DNA from: Marinilabiliales bacterium
Lineage (GTDB): Bacteria > Bacteroidota > Bacteroidia > Bacteroidales > DTU049
NCBI GenBank assembly: GCA_002869435.1
Contig: PKSX01000017.1
Location: 1-52,779 of the forward strand
Direction: 5' to 3'
DNA length: 52,779 nt
Below are positions 27,825 to 37,583 of the stretch, piece after piece (within the stretch, counting starts at the first letter, position 1; each line of letters starts with the position of its first letter). Position numbers and translations under genes: made by a program. Under the pieces are notes generated by a model. The model ran no database searches, was not told where the DNA came from, and saw only the letters and a program-made list of their open reading frames with translations.

Positions 27825-30800
27825 TTATTTGCTCACTTTTACTATCTTACTCAAATATGAATCCGTTTCATTATATATCTGAATAAAATACACACCTTCA
27901 GATAAATCACTCATATCCAACTCAATACGATTTAGTCCTGAAGGAATTATTTCTGCAGCAACAATTTTTCCCAGATAATCGGAAATCAGGATATTATATC
28001 CTGACACATTCTCACTATTGATATTCACAAAAAATGAAGAATTGAAAGGATTGGGAAACACATCGCAGTTAATGGAATTATTCACACTACAGTTTGCAAC
28101 AGAAACCGGTGAATATGAATATTTCCCATTGAAATCGGTTTGCTTAATGCGATAATATGCTGGAATTGATGAAAGTTGAGGGTTAAGATCACGAAAAGAA
28201 TAGAATTGAGTAGTATTACTGTTACCTGCTCCATCAATTCTTGCAATGGCAGTAAAATCAGTTCCATTGTAGCTTCTTTCGACTGTAAAATAATCATTAT
28301 TGGTTTCAGAAGATGTACTCCAAATCAGTTCAGCGTTTCCTTCAGTACAAACAACATAAAAACTATTGAGTTCAATTGGCAGCAATAAAGGGGTTTCGCA
28401 TTCCATGTTGAAGGTTGGATTATCAGAATACACTGTTAATGAAGGCTGTGACAAAGTGTTGGTAATTGATCCTATATTAAATGAAAATCCAAAAGCAGCC
28501 TGATATGATTGCAATGTTGGAATGGCCAAATTGGTTTGTGTACCACCAGATCCTGTTGTACAGCAATGATATCCGTTATCTTCGTCTATTTTCAAAAAAT
28601 ACTGATTGGTTCCGCTGTTATTGGTAAGACCTGTTACAACCACACCGCCGGTACTCGGACGTGCAATAGCATATCCTTCATCATCCCATGTACCTGTGCC
28701 AACTACATTTCCCCATTGCATGTCTCCACTGGAGTTAATTTTGATGGTGTATACTTCGTCACCACCACCACCTAAGCTGCTGGTAATTCCTGTCATATAA
28801 TAGCTTGTTCCGTCATATGTGGCATCATAGCATTGCTCTCCATTCGCTCCACCATATGCTCTTGCCCATTGCACGCCACCTGCTTCTGTAACACGCATGG
28901 CATAAAAGTCTGAGCTTCCGGCTCCACCTGTACCCAAAATACCAAATACAGTATAATCGCCAACTCCATTCTCAACAACAGAATAGAGATAATCTGATGA
29001 GCCACTTCCCCATTGTCTGTCCCAAACAGCAGTTGATAAATTTGAAGGATCAAGTTTTACCATCTCAAACTGATTATTGCTACCCGATTCATTATGTGTA
29101 CCAACAACCAGATAATACCCATCTGAAGTTTCAATTGCATCTTCAAACTCCTGTGTTTGTGGAAAATATTTATCATCGTAAATTGTGCCATCAGGATTTA
29201 ATATCCAAATTGCACCATCACCATTATTCTGCCCGGCAATAAGGAATCCATTGGCCGGAGTTGCTGATGAGCTTAGTTCAACAATTGAATTCCCTTCCTG
29301 ATCATCACCAAAGTTTTCTACTATTATTGATGACCAAACTTCTGCACCTGATGTATCAACCTTAATAACAAGCAAGTCACGCCAATCGGTGTATCCGACC
29401 ATTACATATCCAGATCCGTCGGCACATTCTACAATATCGTTTACATTATCGGTATTGGCTGTTCCAATTCTTTTAGTCCATCGTGGATTGCCTTCAATAT
29501 CCGTTTTAATTACCGTGAAATCACGACCACCATTCGTAGGTGCATCGCTGCTGTAGGAAGCCATTACATAGCTGTCGCTGCTGGCTTCATGAATTACACT
29601 TCTGCCCCAATACGTATTTGTGCCTTCAATAACAATGGCAAATACATGTGGTAATTCTGCTATGGTACGGCCTGTTCCAGGATTGATCACAGATGGAGTT
29701 TGCGTTCCTCCTACACCATCCATAACAATAGACAGACCACTTGCATCTACCTGATCGCCTAGTGTTGCCGCGACATCAATATCATAAGTGAGCCAAAAAT
29801 AATTAGTACCGGTAGTCAATTGCTGGGTTCCTGTAATATTAATATCGACACCTGTTGTAGCAGGGTTTGCTGAACCAAATATATTGGATGTCAGGAAATT
29901 AGGGTCAGTTCCTGTATAATAAATATTAACAGTTCCGGTTGGAATATCAGCTAATGGAGCTGTTGAACCATCAGTTCTGACCACAAACTGAGTTACGTTA
30001 AATGGAGTTGAAGACCCGCTGGTAACAATTTCGATTCCAATAATTTGCTGATCAACCATACCCAATGAGACATCTGAAGTAACTGCTTGCGTAGTTGTAC
30101 TCGAAACAAATGCCATTGGAGCTAAGCTCCCTACAATAATGGTATAGTCTTCATATGATCCATACGACCCTGTGTAGCAAGGATCTCCTCCAGCGTCATT
30201 ATCAGTTCCACCAATTCTCATCCGATGAGCTCCTACATTAGTACCAACTGTAAAAGAAGCATTCAGTGTAGTTGGATTTGAACTTGTTGATAACCCATAA
30301 TATACCTGTTCACCGGAATCATTAAAATCACCATCATCATTATAATCAATCCATATTTTTGTACCATACGTCCACCCTGTTGAATACGTTATATCCACAT
30401 TGGCAGTAGCTCCAGGTGCAATCTGATTGCTCATTGCTGTGTAATCACCGTAATGATTGGGTTCATCACCTGTTGAATTATCAATTGTTCCGAAAACTAC
30501 TCTTGTTATACCGGTTCCATCAACACTGGTAGGAGCAGGAGTGCAATAAGAAACATTTATGATCTCTCTGTTGCCGGCAGGAGCTGTAGTTGATGGAATT
30601 TGATTTCCCACCCCACCACTCATTTGTATAACATTACATGTAGCATCGACAAGATTTCCCAATGTTGCACCAGCATCGATATCGAAAGCAATCCAGAAAT
30701 AATTGGTCCCGGCATTTAATGTCTGTGTTCCGGCAATATCAATATTTGCACCGGCGGCTGCTGGGTTTGCAAAACCAAATTCGTTGGTCGCTGCAAAGGT

Positions 30801-31529
30801 TGAGCTTGTTCCAGTGTAATATATATGTACACCACCTGAAGAAATATCATTTAGCGGGTCATCGGATCCATTTGTTCTGATTCGGAATCCCGTAACATCA
30901 AAAGGAGACGCAGTACCTGATGTAACAACTTCTATTCGAGCTATTTCTGCATCGCTCGTAACTTTTACAACATCACTTGTATTGGGTTGAGATGCTGTGC
31001 AAGAAACAAATGACATAGCTACCGGGGCAGTTACAGTTAGTGTATAATCTTCAAAACTTGCCCATGTACCAACATAGCAAGGAATTCCTGCGCCACTGGA
31101 ATACCAGCCGCCAATTCTCATTCGATGAGCACCAAGCGTCGCTCCGGCAGGCACAGTAAATGGCACAGCTGTTAGCGTCCCTGTTGATACAGCCTGATTT
31201 GTTACAACCTGTTCTCCTGCATCATAGAAATCTCCATCGTTATTCCAGTCGACCCATATATATGTATAATACGTGTATCCTGTTGTGTATCGAACCTGAA
31301 CATTTGCTGTCGCACCCTGGGCTACTGAATTTGACATTGCAGAGTAGTTGCCGTAATGGCCAGCTTCATCACCTGTTACATTATCAATGGTTCCAAATAC
31401 CACTCTAGTTATTCCTGATCCATCAACACTGCTTGGGGCAGGAGTACAATACTGAGCAAGTAAGTTCTTGTGTGGTAGTAAACCAAATAAGAGAAACAAA
31501 ATGAAAAGCAGTATAATTCTGGAACTCAT
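27825..31529 (-). CDS. T9SS type-A substrate: 2 x (GEVED + BNR-sialidase-N-like Ig domain), beta-propeller, CTD
   Basis: YC.P....GITRV.FG.I.N; IWVDWNNDGDF.D.GE; RMRI...EDY twice; L..GTNYFW..YDI twice; propeller repeats (K.D..G...W); LPIEL...WST.SETNNDYF; VFPNPF...GVYFI. Start at ATG 31529. Confidence 0.88.
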   Translation of the reverse strand: MSSRIILLFILFLLFGLLPHKNLLAQYCTPAPSSVDGSGITRVVFGTIDNVTGDEAGHYGNYSAMSNSVAQGATANVQVRYTTGYTYYTYIWVDWNNDGDFYDAGEQVVTNQAVSTGTLTAVPFTVPAGATLGAHRMRIGGWYSSGAGIPCYVGTWASFEDYTLTVTAPVAMSFVSCTASQPNTSDVVKVTSDAEIARIEVVTSGTASPFDVTGFRIRTNGSDDPLNDISSGGVHIYYTGTSSTFAATNEFGFANPAAAGANIDIAGTQTLNAGTNYFWIAFDIDAGATLGNLVDATCNVIQMSGGVGNQIPSTTAPAGNREIINVSYCTPAPTSVDGTGITRVVFGTIDNSTGDEPNHYGDYTAMSNQIAPGATANVDITYSTGWTYGTKIWIDYNDDGDFNDSGEQVYYGLSTSSNPTTLNASFTVGTNVGAHRMRIGGTDNDAGGDPCYTGSYGSYEDYTIIVGSLAPMAFVSSTTTQAVTSDVSLGMVDQQIIGIEIVTSGSSTPFNVTQFVVRTDGSTAPLADIPTGTVNIYYTGTDPNFLTSNIFGSANPATTGVDINITGTQQLTTGTNYFWLTYDIDVAATLGDQVDASGLSIVMDGVGGTQTPSVINPGTGRTIAELPHVFAIVIEGTNTYWGRSVIHEASSDSYVMASYSSDAPTNGGRDFTVIKTDIEGNPRWTKRIGTANTDNVNDIVECADGSGYVMVGYTDWRDLLVIKVDTSGAEVWSSIIVENFGDDQEGNSIVELSSSATPANGFLIAGQNNGDGAIWILNPDGTIYDDKYFPQTQEFEDAIETSDGYYLVVGTHNESGSNNQFEMVKLDPSNLSTAVWDRQWGSGSSDYLYSVVENGVGDYTVFGILGTGGAGSSDFYAMRVTEAGGVQWARAYGGANGEQCYDATYDGTSYYMTGITSSLGGGGDEVYTIKINSSGDMQWGNVVGTGTWDDEGYAIARPSTGGVVVTGLTNNSGTNQYFLKIDEDNGYHCCTTGSGGTQTNLAIPTLQSYQAAFGFSFNIGSITNTLSQPSLTVYSDNPTFNMECETPLLLPIELNSFYVVCTEGNAELIWSTSSETNNDYFTVERSYNGTDFTAIARIDGAGNSNTTQFYSFRDLNPQLSSIPAYYRIKQTDFNGKYSYSPVSVANCSVNNSINCDVFPNPFNSSFFVNINSENVSGYNILISDYLGKIVAAEIIPSGLNRIELDMSDLSEGVYFIQIYNETDSYLSKIVKVSK

Positions 31530-31539
31530 TTTAACACTA

Positions 31540-31840
31540 TTACTCCTGCATTTGTACATACTCTCTTTCATACTCAACTTGTTTTATGTCAACTTCAACC
31601 AAATAACTTTCAATAGAAAACCACATTCTCAAAAACACCATCTGTAATAACTTCGTTTTTTGCTTTTGTGTGATTTTCAGATATTGGTACTTCAACATAA
31701 TAGGATACCAATGAACTGAAAGATCCATTCTCAAAAGATTCTGATACTTGATCAGAGTCCTGAGAAGATGAAAATCCAAAAGACATTAAAACAAGCACAA
31801 GTGCTGGTAGTAAGAATTTCAACGACACTACATTCTTCAT
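31540..31840 (-). pseudogene. Small secreted ORF (31610-31840), possibly a frameshifted DUF4783-like remnant
   Basis: Signal peptide plus SDQVSESFENGSFSSLVSYY..VEV, reminiscent of DUF4783. An alternative frame runs on to a stop at 31540, 10 nt before the next ATG. Confidence 0.35.
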
Positions 31841-31867
31841 AAATGGTTGTTGCTAACTTTGTTTAAG

Positions 31868-31927
31868 CAAATGTACATTCACGTAAATGCAATTTCCAAG
31901 AAAAAGGGGTGGACAATGGGTGGACAA
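31868..31927 (-). promoter_or_regulatory. Promoter with an upstream tandem direct-repeat operator
   Basis: -7 TACATTTG (31868-31875); weak -33 CTTG 21 nt upstream; TTGTCCACCC twice at 31907-31916 and 31918-31927 (11-bp period). Confidence 0.65.
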
Positions 31928-31966
31928 AATTATATAAAAGAATTTAAATAATTATTATTCAGAATT

Positions 31967-33556
31967 TTACATATTTTGAAAATAATCAATAAAAGAATCT
32001 TCCGAATCTATTTTCAACTTCTTCCTAAGTCTGTATCTCGACTTTTTTACTCCGTCGATACTAATATTCATAAGACTTGCTATCTCTTTATTAGTAAGCT
32101 CCATAACAATATAAGATGCAACTTTTCTTTCTGTTTTGCTCAAGTCGGGGTGTTTCTGATCAAGCCTGAAAAGAAAATGAGAATGTAATTCATCAATTCT
32201 TTTATTTAACTCATTGATATCATTACTTATATATAAATTTTCGCGGATTTTCTTTGTAATTTCACGTAAACGCTGATGGTCGTCTTCTGTACCTTCGATT
32301 TTATCAATTTCCTGATAGAGCACATCAAGAAAATCGTTTTTCTCAACAACCCTTAAGGCTATATTCTCCAGCTCTTTTCCTTTATATTTAATTTCGGCTG
32401 TCATGCTTTTTTTATCTGCCTGAAGCAGTTCATTCTTTAATTCGGTATTTTTAAGTGAGAAGCGCATATTGCGAATAACCAGAAAACCCAGCACAGAAAT
32501 AATAAGTATTCCGGCAATAAGGATAAACTGCATTAATCTGCGAATTCGACTCTGTTGCTCAATGATTTTCATCTCAGCTTCATACAATTGAAGTGACTTC
32601 TCTTTCTGATCCAGTTTGTATTGTATTTGCTGTATTTGCACAGTGCGCTCCAGTGCGTTAGCATTCATATCATTTTTCAGATCTGTATACAATCGAAAAT
32701 ATTTCAACTCATTTGCGGCATCATTAATAGCTGCATAGGCATCGCTTAAATTGGCATACACATTTTGCAAGTATGCATTGTCATTATTTCGGATAAATAC
32801 ATCAATGGTTTGAATGAACAGGTTAATTGCCTCGGTATATTTTTCCTGTTTCATTTTCAAATAAGCAATATTACTCATGCATAAAGCAATACCTCTTTCA
32901 TAGTCAAGTTGACTAAATAAATGAAGAGCCTTTTCGTATTGTTCAAACGATTCTACAAGTTTGTTTTCCTTTGAATATATAGCACCAATATTATTATAAA
33001 CGCCCGCCCGCATAATTGTATCAGCAGTTAATTGAGTGTATTCTAGTACCTCTTCAAAATATTTCATGGCACTATCATTTTGCTCAATATACCCGAATGA
33101 AATTCCCATAAGCATATTGCTATGCATTTTTACAGGATCATCATAAGGTCTCACATAAACAATCTTTTGAACCTGACGTGTATACTCAATTGCAAGATCC
33201 ATATTTCCATATGCTATATGTAACTCGACAATACTGAGTACTGTTTCTAATACCTGATCTCGGTTTCCTGCCTTTTCAAATAACCGTATTGCTTTGGAGT
33301 AATATTCAATAGCTTTATCAAAATTATTGATACCGCTATAATCGTCTGCAAGCTCTAAACAAATGTAACCGGCGTTTTCGAAATCATTAATCTGAGTATA
33401 ATATTGAAGCAGTTGATTCTCTTTTTCTATTTCAGTTAAAAAAACCGTTTCAAGGCTATCATCTTTGCTAATCCTCAAAGAATCATCAACAGAAAAAACC
33501 AACAAAGAATTCAGTAGTATTATAAAAACAAGTAAAGCTCTGCGAATAAAATACAT
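31967..33556 (-). CDS. Membrane-spanning TPR sensor / LuxR-type HTH regulator
   Basis: Signal peptide, TPRs (YNNIGAIY), one TM helix, coiled coil, HPDLSKTE...LTNKEIASLMNISIDGVKKSRYRLRKKL. Confidence 0.88.
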   Translation of the reverse strand: MYFIRRALLVFIILLNSLLVFSVDDSLRISKDDSLETVFLTEIEKENQLLQYYTQINDFENAGYICLELADDYSGINNFDKAIEYYSKAIRLFEKAGNRDQVLETVLSIVELHIAYGNMDLAIEYTRQVQKIVYVRPYDDPVKMHSNMLMGISFGYIEQNDSAMKYFEEVLEYTQLTADTIMRAGVYNNIGAIYSKENKLVESFEQYEKALHLFSQLDYERGIALCMSNIAYLKMKQEKYTEAINLFIQTIDVFIRNNDNAYLQNVYANLSDAYAAINDAANELKYFRLYTDLKNDMNANALERTVQIQQIQYKLDQKEKSLQLYEAEMKIIEQQSRIRRLMQFILIAGILIISVLGFLVIRNMRFSLKNTELKNELLQADKKSMTAEIKYKGKELENIALRVVEKNDFLDVLYQEIDKIEGTEDDHQRLREITKKIRENLYISNDINELNKRIDELHSHFLFRLDQKHPDLSKTERKVASYIVMELTNKEIASLMNISIDGVKKSRYRLRKKLKIDSEDSFIDYFQNM

Positions 33557-33564
33557 TGCTACAA

Positions 33565-34467
33565 CTAGTCAAAAACCTCTATAACCTCTATATCAAAGAT
33601 TAATGTGGCATATGGAGGAATAGGTGAATTAATATCTGATTGTCCAAATCCAATATCACTCGGAATAATTACACGGGCTTTACCACCTTTACTCATAAGG
33701 CGCAGCGCTTCGTCGAAACCATCAATCACATCCCCGCTACCTATTTCAACCTGAAGAGGCTCAAGTCCATCACTGGTATCAAATACAGTTCCATCGACAA
33801 AAGTCCCGGTATAGTGACAAATTACTTTTTTCCCCTCCGTGATCGGAATTCCATTTCCATTCTGAATTGGTATAAAAATTAATCCACTCTCCAACGGTTG
33901 CTGTGTGATATTATTGATTTTCAGATACTCATCAAGGTCTTCCAGCTCCTTCACCCTGAGTTCTTCCAGTTGTACCCTGGTCTGCTGATCAAGAAACTCC
34001 CGCTCCATCTCAAAATCTTCTCTGGATTTACTGTCAATAACCCGCATATTTACATACATCATGCTATCGGATCCGAAATCGGGCACACGTGCTGCACCTA
34101 TAGTCATCATAAAAAATGTGTCGATACGCACAATAAATGAGGCACTGTCACCAACAGAAAGCATTGCAATCCCCTCCATAATATCGCCACGAAAATCGGG
34201 CTTAATAATCGGAACCCAAACAGGAAGAACCTCATCTTTACTGTCGAAAAACACAGAGTCATTCATGGTAACATACTGAATATTAACTTTCAGAAAATCA
34301 CCTTCACTTGGTTTTTCGGTGTCGCTGTCTTCAACAATCTTATAATATAATCCATTATCACTGTACTCATAACCAGGGTAAGGACCTGAGTTACAGGATA
34401 ACAAGAATAAGACGGCTATCATCATCAACGATGTACCTACCCAATTTAACTGGATTGTTTTTATCAT
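33565..34467 (-). CDS. FKBP-type peptidyl-prolyl isomerase lipoprotein with two FKBP domains
   Basis: LLSC lipobox; HYTGTFVDGTVFDTS; VIDGFDEAL; IPPYATLIFDIE. Confidence 0.9.
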   Translation of the reverse strand: MIKTIQLNWVGTSLMMIAVLFLLSCNSGPYPGYEYSDNGLYYKIVEDSDTEKPSEGDFLKVNIQYVTMNDSVFFDSKDEVLPVWVPIIKPDFRGDIMEGIAMLSVGDSASFIVRIDTFFMMTIGAARVPDFGSDSMMYVNMRVIDSKSREDFEMEREFLDQQTRVQLEELRVKELEDLDEYLKINNITQQPLESGLIFIPIQNGNGIPITEGKKVICHYTGTFVDGTVFDTSDGLEPLQVEIGSGDVIDGFDEALRLMSKGGKARVIIPSDIGFGQSDINSPIPPYATLIFDIEVIEVFD

Positions 34468-34476
34468 GGTATTTTC

Positions 34477-35022
34477 TTAATAGATTTCCGGTGAATAATC
34501 ACGTACTTCCAAAACATGAACGTCATAAATAAGCACTGCCCTTGTTGGAATTTGCTCAGAATCTCCCAACCATCCAAATGCGAGATGAGATGGAAGAATA
34601 AATTTTGCATGGTCGCCCTCACGCAACAACTGTAATCCCTCCTCAAGACCACTTTCAACATCAGCATGACCAATCCATACTTCTTTAGGACCTTGTTTAT
34701 CAGAATCGTAGCACACCGCACCGTTTAACAGATTCACTTTAAACTCAAAACGTACAACAAGTTTATTTTCAACCATACGACCTGTACCATTCTCATAGAT
34801 AAGATAGCGAAGACCTGTACCGGTCTTTATCATATCCCATCCCATGCGTTCGGCATAATCATCAATTTGATCACTTTCACTAACCGTGTAGTACTGGTTT
34901 GCATCCTCCATTTCATCCATATAATTATCAGGATTAATATCGGGTTGATCCTTCTGCTTGTTTTTGTCAGAGCCACAGGAGGCCAAAAATAGTATAGCAA
35001 GAATTAAAACCGGCAATCTCAT
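34477..35022 (-). CDS. FKBP-type PPIase lipoprotein (GldI-like position)
   Basis: LASC lipobox; TGLRY; GLEEGLQLL.EGD.A.FILPSHLAFG.LGD...IP; lies downstream of nrnA. Confidence 0.85.
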   Translation of the reverse strand: MRLPVLILAILFLASCGSDKNKQKDQPDINPDNYMDEMEDANQYYTVSESDQIDDYAERMGWDMIKTGTGLRYLIYENGTGRMVENKLVVRFEFKVNLLNGAVCYDSDKQGPKEVWIGHADVESGLEEGLQLLREGDHAKFILPSHLAFGWLGDSEQIPTRAVLIYDVHVLEVRDYSPEIY

Positions 35023-36020
35023 AATTCAATCTCGTTTAGAGCTTGTTTAAATCTTAAAATGGCATCTTCAATGCTTCCATAAAAATATGCACCAGATGCA
35101 TTTTTATGTCCGCCGCCATCATAATAGTTTACAGCAATCTGATTAACATTTACGTCCCCTTCAGAACGAAAACTGATCTTAATATATTGCGCACGCTCTA
35201 TAAACAATGCACTGATTTTTATACCCTTAATAGTAAGACCATAGTTTACGATTCCTTCAGTATCCCCTTCCTGATCATTGAACTTCTTCAAATCATCTTT
35301 AGTTAGATACATTACAACAGTTTCCTTGTCGTGTAATACCTCCATCCGGTTTATCAAACTATGACCTAACATACGAATGCGACTCTCGGAAAAAGTATTA
35401 TATACTTTCTGATTGATCTCGAGAACATCAATACCCAAATCAATTAAATCTGCAGTGATGCGGAAAGTACCTGCAGTGATATTTCCATGAAAATAATTTC
35501 CGGTGTCAGTAACAATGCCTGTATATAAACAATCAGCAATATCTTTGTCTAACAACGACTTATCAAATTCTGAAATAAATTCATATACCAACTCGCATGT
35601 TGAAGAAACATCAGTTCTGGCAAATTGAAGCTTAAAAACCTCATCCGGACCCACATGGTGATCAAATAAAATTTTCGGTGCATCAGAAGCTAAAAGAAAC
35701 TCGTCAAGACCTTCCACTCTACGCACCTTATTTAAATCCATAAAAAGAAGAATATCAGCCTCCTCGATACAATCGACAGCTTTGTCCCGTTGCTCATCGC
35801 CAATAATTATCTTGTCGGCATCTTTAAGCCAGGCATAATAATCGGGATAAATATTTGGTACAAGTACTTCTGCTTCATGTCCAAGTTTTTTTAACAGTAA
35901 TTTCATCGCCAGGGCAGAACCCATAGCATCGCCATCAGGATTGGTGTGGGAAATAACACAAAACGATTTTTTATCGCTCGTGAATAAATCCCATATCTGG
36001 TTTTTGTCTGAGTTGTTCAA
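35019..36020 (-). CDS. nrnA: DHH/DHHA1 phosphoesterase (oligoribonuclease/pAp phosphatase)
   Basis: HTNPDGDAMGS, FDHH, LYTGIVTDTG, SFRS, GGGHKNASG. Confidence 0.9.
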   Translation of the reverse strand: MNNSDKNQIWDLFTSDKKSFCVISHTNPDGDAMGSALAMKLLLKKLGHEAEVLVPNIYPDYYAWLKDADKIIIGDEQRDKAVDCIEEADILLFMDLNKVRRVEGLDEFLLASDAPKILFDHHVGPDEVFKLQFARTDVSSTCELVYEFISEFDKSLLDKDIADCLYTGIVTDTGNYFHGNITAGTFRITADLIDLGIDVLEINQKVYNTFSESRIRMLGHSLINRMEVLHDKETVVMYLTKDDLKKFNDQEGDTEGIVNYGLTIKGIKISALFIERAQYIKISFRSEGDVNVNQIAVNYYDGGGHKNASGAYFYGSIEDAILRFKQALNEIEL

Positions 36021-36095
36021 AATTTTGTACTTTTATAATTCGATCTGCAAAAATAATAAAAGCAAAACACTTGTTTCATATAAACCACCTTTAAT

Positions 36096-36515
36096 ATGGC
36101 TGGAAAAATAACTTTCACAATGATAAAACCCAATGCCGTTAAAAACGGACATTGCGGTTCAATTCTGCATATGATCAATGCTGCTGGGTTTTGTTATAAG
36201 GGTCTCAAAATGATAAAAATGACTCCTGGTTTGGCTAAAAAATTCTATGCTGTTCACAAAGACAGGCCATTTTTCAACGATTTAGTAGATTATATGTGCA
36301 CCAGCCCAGTGGTTGTGGCTGCTATCAGTGGAGATAATGCTGTTGAAAGTTTTAGAAACCTCATTGGAGCCACTGATCCCAAAACAGCAGCTCCTGACAC
36401 CATCCGTGGAAAATACGGTGAGTCTATTCAGATGAATGCCATTCACGGGTCAGACAGCGATGAAAATGCAGCCAAAGAAATTGCACTGATTTTTAAAGAC
36501 GAGGAATTGTTCTAA
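36096..36515 (+). CDS. ndk: Nucleoside-diphosphate kinase
   Basis: TFTMIKP, FYAVHKDRPFF, GATDP, NAIHGSDS. Confidence 0.96.
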   Translation: MAGKITFTMIKPNAVKNGHCGSILHMINAAGFCYKGLKMIKMTPGLAKKFYAVHKDRPFFNDLVDYMCTSPVVVAAISGDNAVESFRNLIGATDPKTAAPDTIRGKYGESIQMNAIHGSDSDENAAKEIALIFKDEELF

Positions 36516-36982
36516 CGGCTTTTATATTCAATAAAAGTCTTGTCTTTATAAAACATCACGATTTTATCAAGTTCTTTCGAATTTCCGTAAGAAATTTGTT
36601 CTTCTGAACGAACTACAGAGGGTTCAGGATCTTGATTTCTATCATAAAACTCTTCATTATCAGTTAATTGACTCATATTTGACTCTGATTCCTTTTGTAC
36701 ACTTTCTTCCATCTCCTGAAACAAATCTTTAACAACTGTTTTCTTTTCTTCCGGCTCCTGATTCACATAATCACCCCTTATCATTGCCCCTTTATCAAAT
36801 AGTAACCAGTCAGGACTAAGCTCAGGGTAATGCTCAAGAAGCTTTGTGATAAATGACAAACTCGGATTATTCCGCCCACTTAATAAATGCGATATACCAG
36901 ATCGCTGTACATCTATTTCATCTGCCAGATCTGCTGCAGATAAGTTGTATGAATCCATAAATAGTTTTAAACGATCAATCAT
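36512..36982 (-). CDS. Xre-family HTH protein with acidic linker and a short C-terminal motif
   Basis: LADEIDVQRSGISHLLSGRNNPSL...WLLFDKG.M; C-terminal KIVMFYKDKTFIEY. Confidence 0.88.
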   Translation of the reverse strand: MIDRLKLFMDSYNLSAADLADEIDVQRSGISHLLSGRNNPSLSFITKLLEHYPELSPDWLLFDKGAMIRGDYVNQEPEEKKTVVKDLFQEMEESVQKESESNMSQLTDNEEFYDRNQDPEPSVVRSEEQISYGNSKELDKIVMFYKDKTFIEYKSR

Positions 36983-36989
36983 TTTTTGT

Positions 36990-37358
36990 TTACAAAAGTA
37001 ACAAATAATCCGTTTACTGCTGTAACTTTGTAAACATTACATTTGTAACTCATACTATACTGCTGTGCATACTCAACCATTTCAGTATGAAAAATTACCA
37101 TATATCTGTATATTAGTATCTTATAAGTATCGTAGTAATATTTCAGCAGTTGATTTGAAATCCATACATATTACCTAGAATACACTTTATATAAACATTA
37201 TATCTATCTGAATATATGTTTCATAAATAATATTTCTAGTTGATATCTCTAAGTTTTTATAGAGATAACATAATTCACATAATATAATGCTAGTAATTTA
37301 CATATGTAACCAATATTTTCATTATTCTATCGATTTACAACTGTAATCACAACTGTAA
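36990..37358. promoter_or_regulatory. Array of palindromic TTAC-N4-GTAA sites; the first overlaps the -7 element of the HTH gene
   Basis: Perfect sites at 36990, 37014, 37037, 37298 and 37335; one-mismatch site at 37347. TACTTTTG on the - strand at 36993-37000. Confidence 0.75.
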
Positions 37359-37583
37359 ATTATTGGATTAATCTCAATAGTCGATAAATTTTGCGTTGAA
37401 CTGAACTGATTGGCGGTTAATGGAAAATATTAGAATCTCAGTGAGATAAAATTTACCGAGAAGTTCTGATTCTGGCTCCCCTACTCTAAAATATCTCATA
37501 ATGCAAATTATGAGTTCATAGTTAGATCATGTTTTTCACAACAAACTAAAGTATTTCCAAATCTAATATCAGAGCCGTGTACA

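Noticed and set aside
36983-37583. Replication origin
   Set aside because: AT-rich, but no DnaA-box cluster was seen and there is no evident strand-bias switch. It cannot be fully excluded without a skew calculation.
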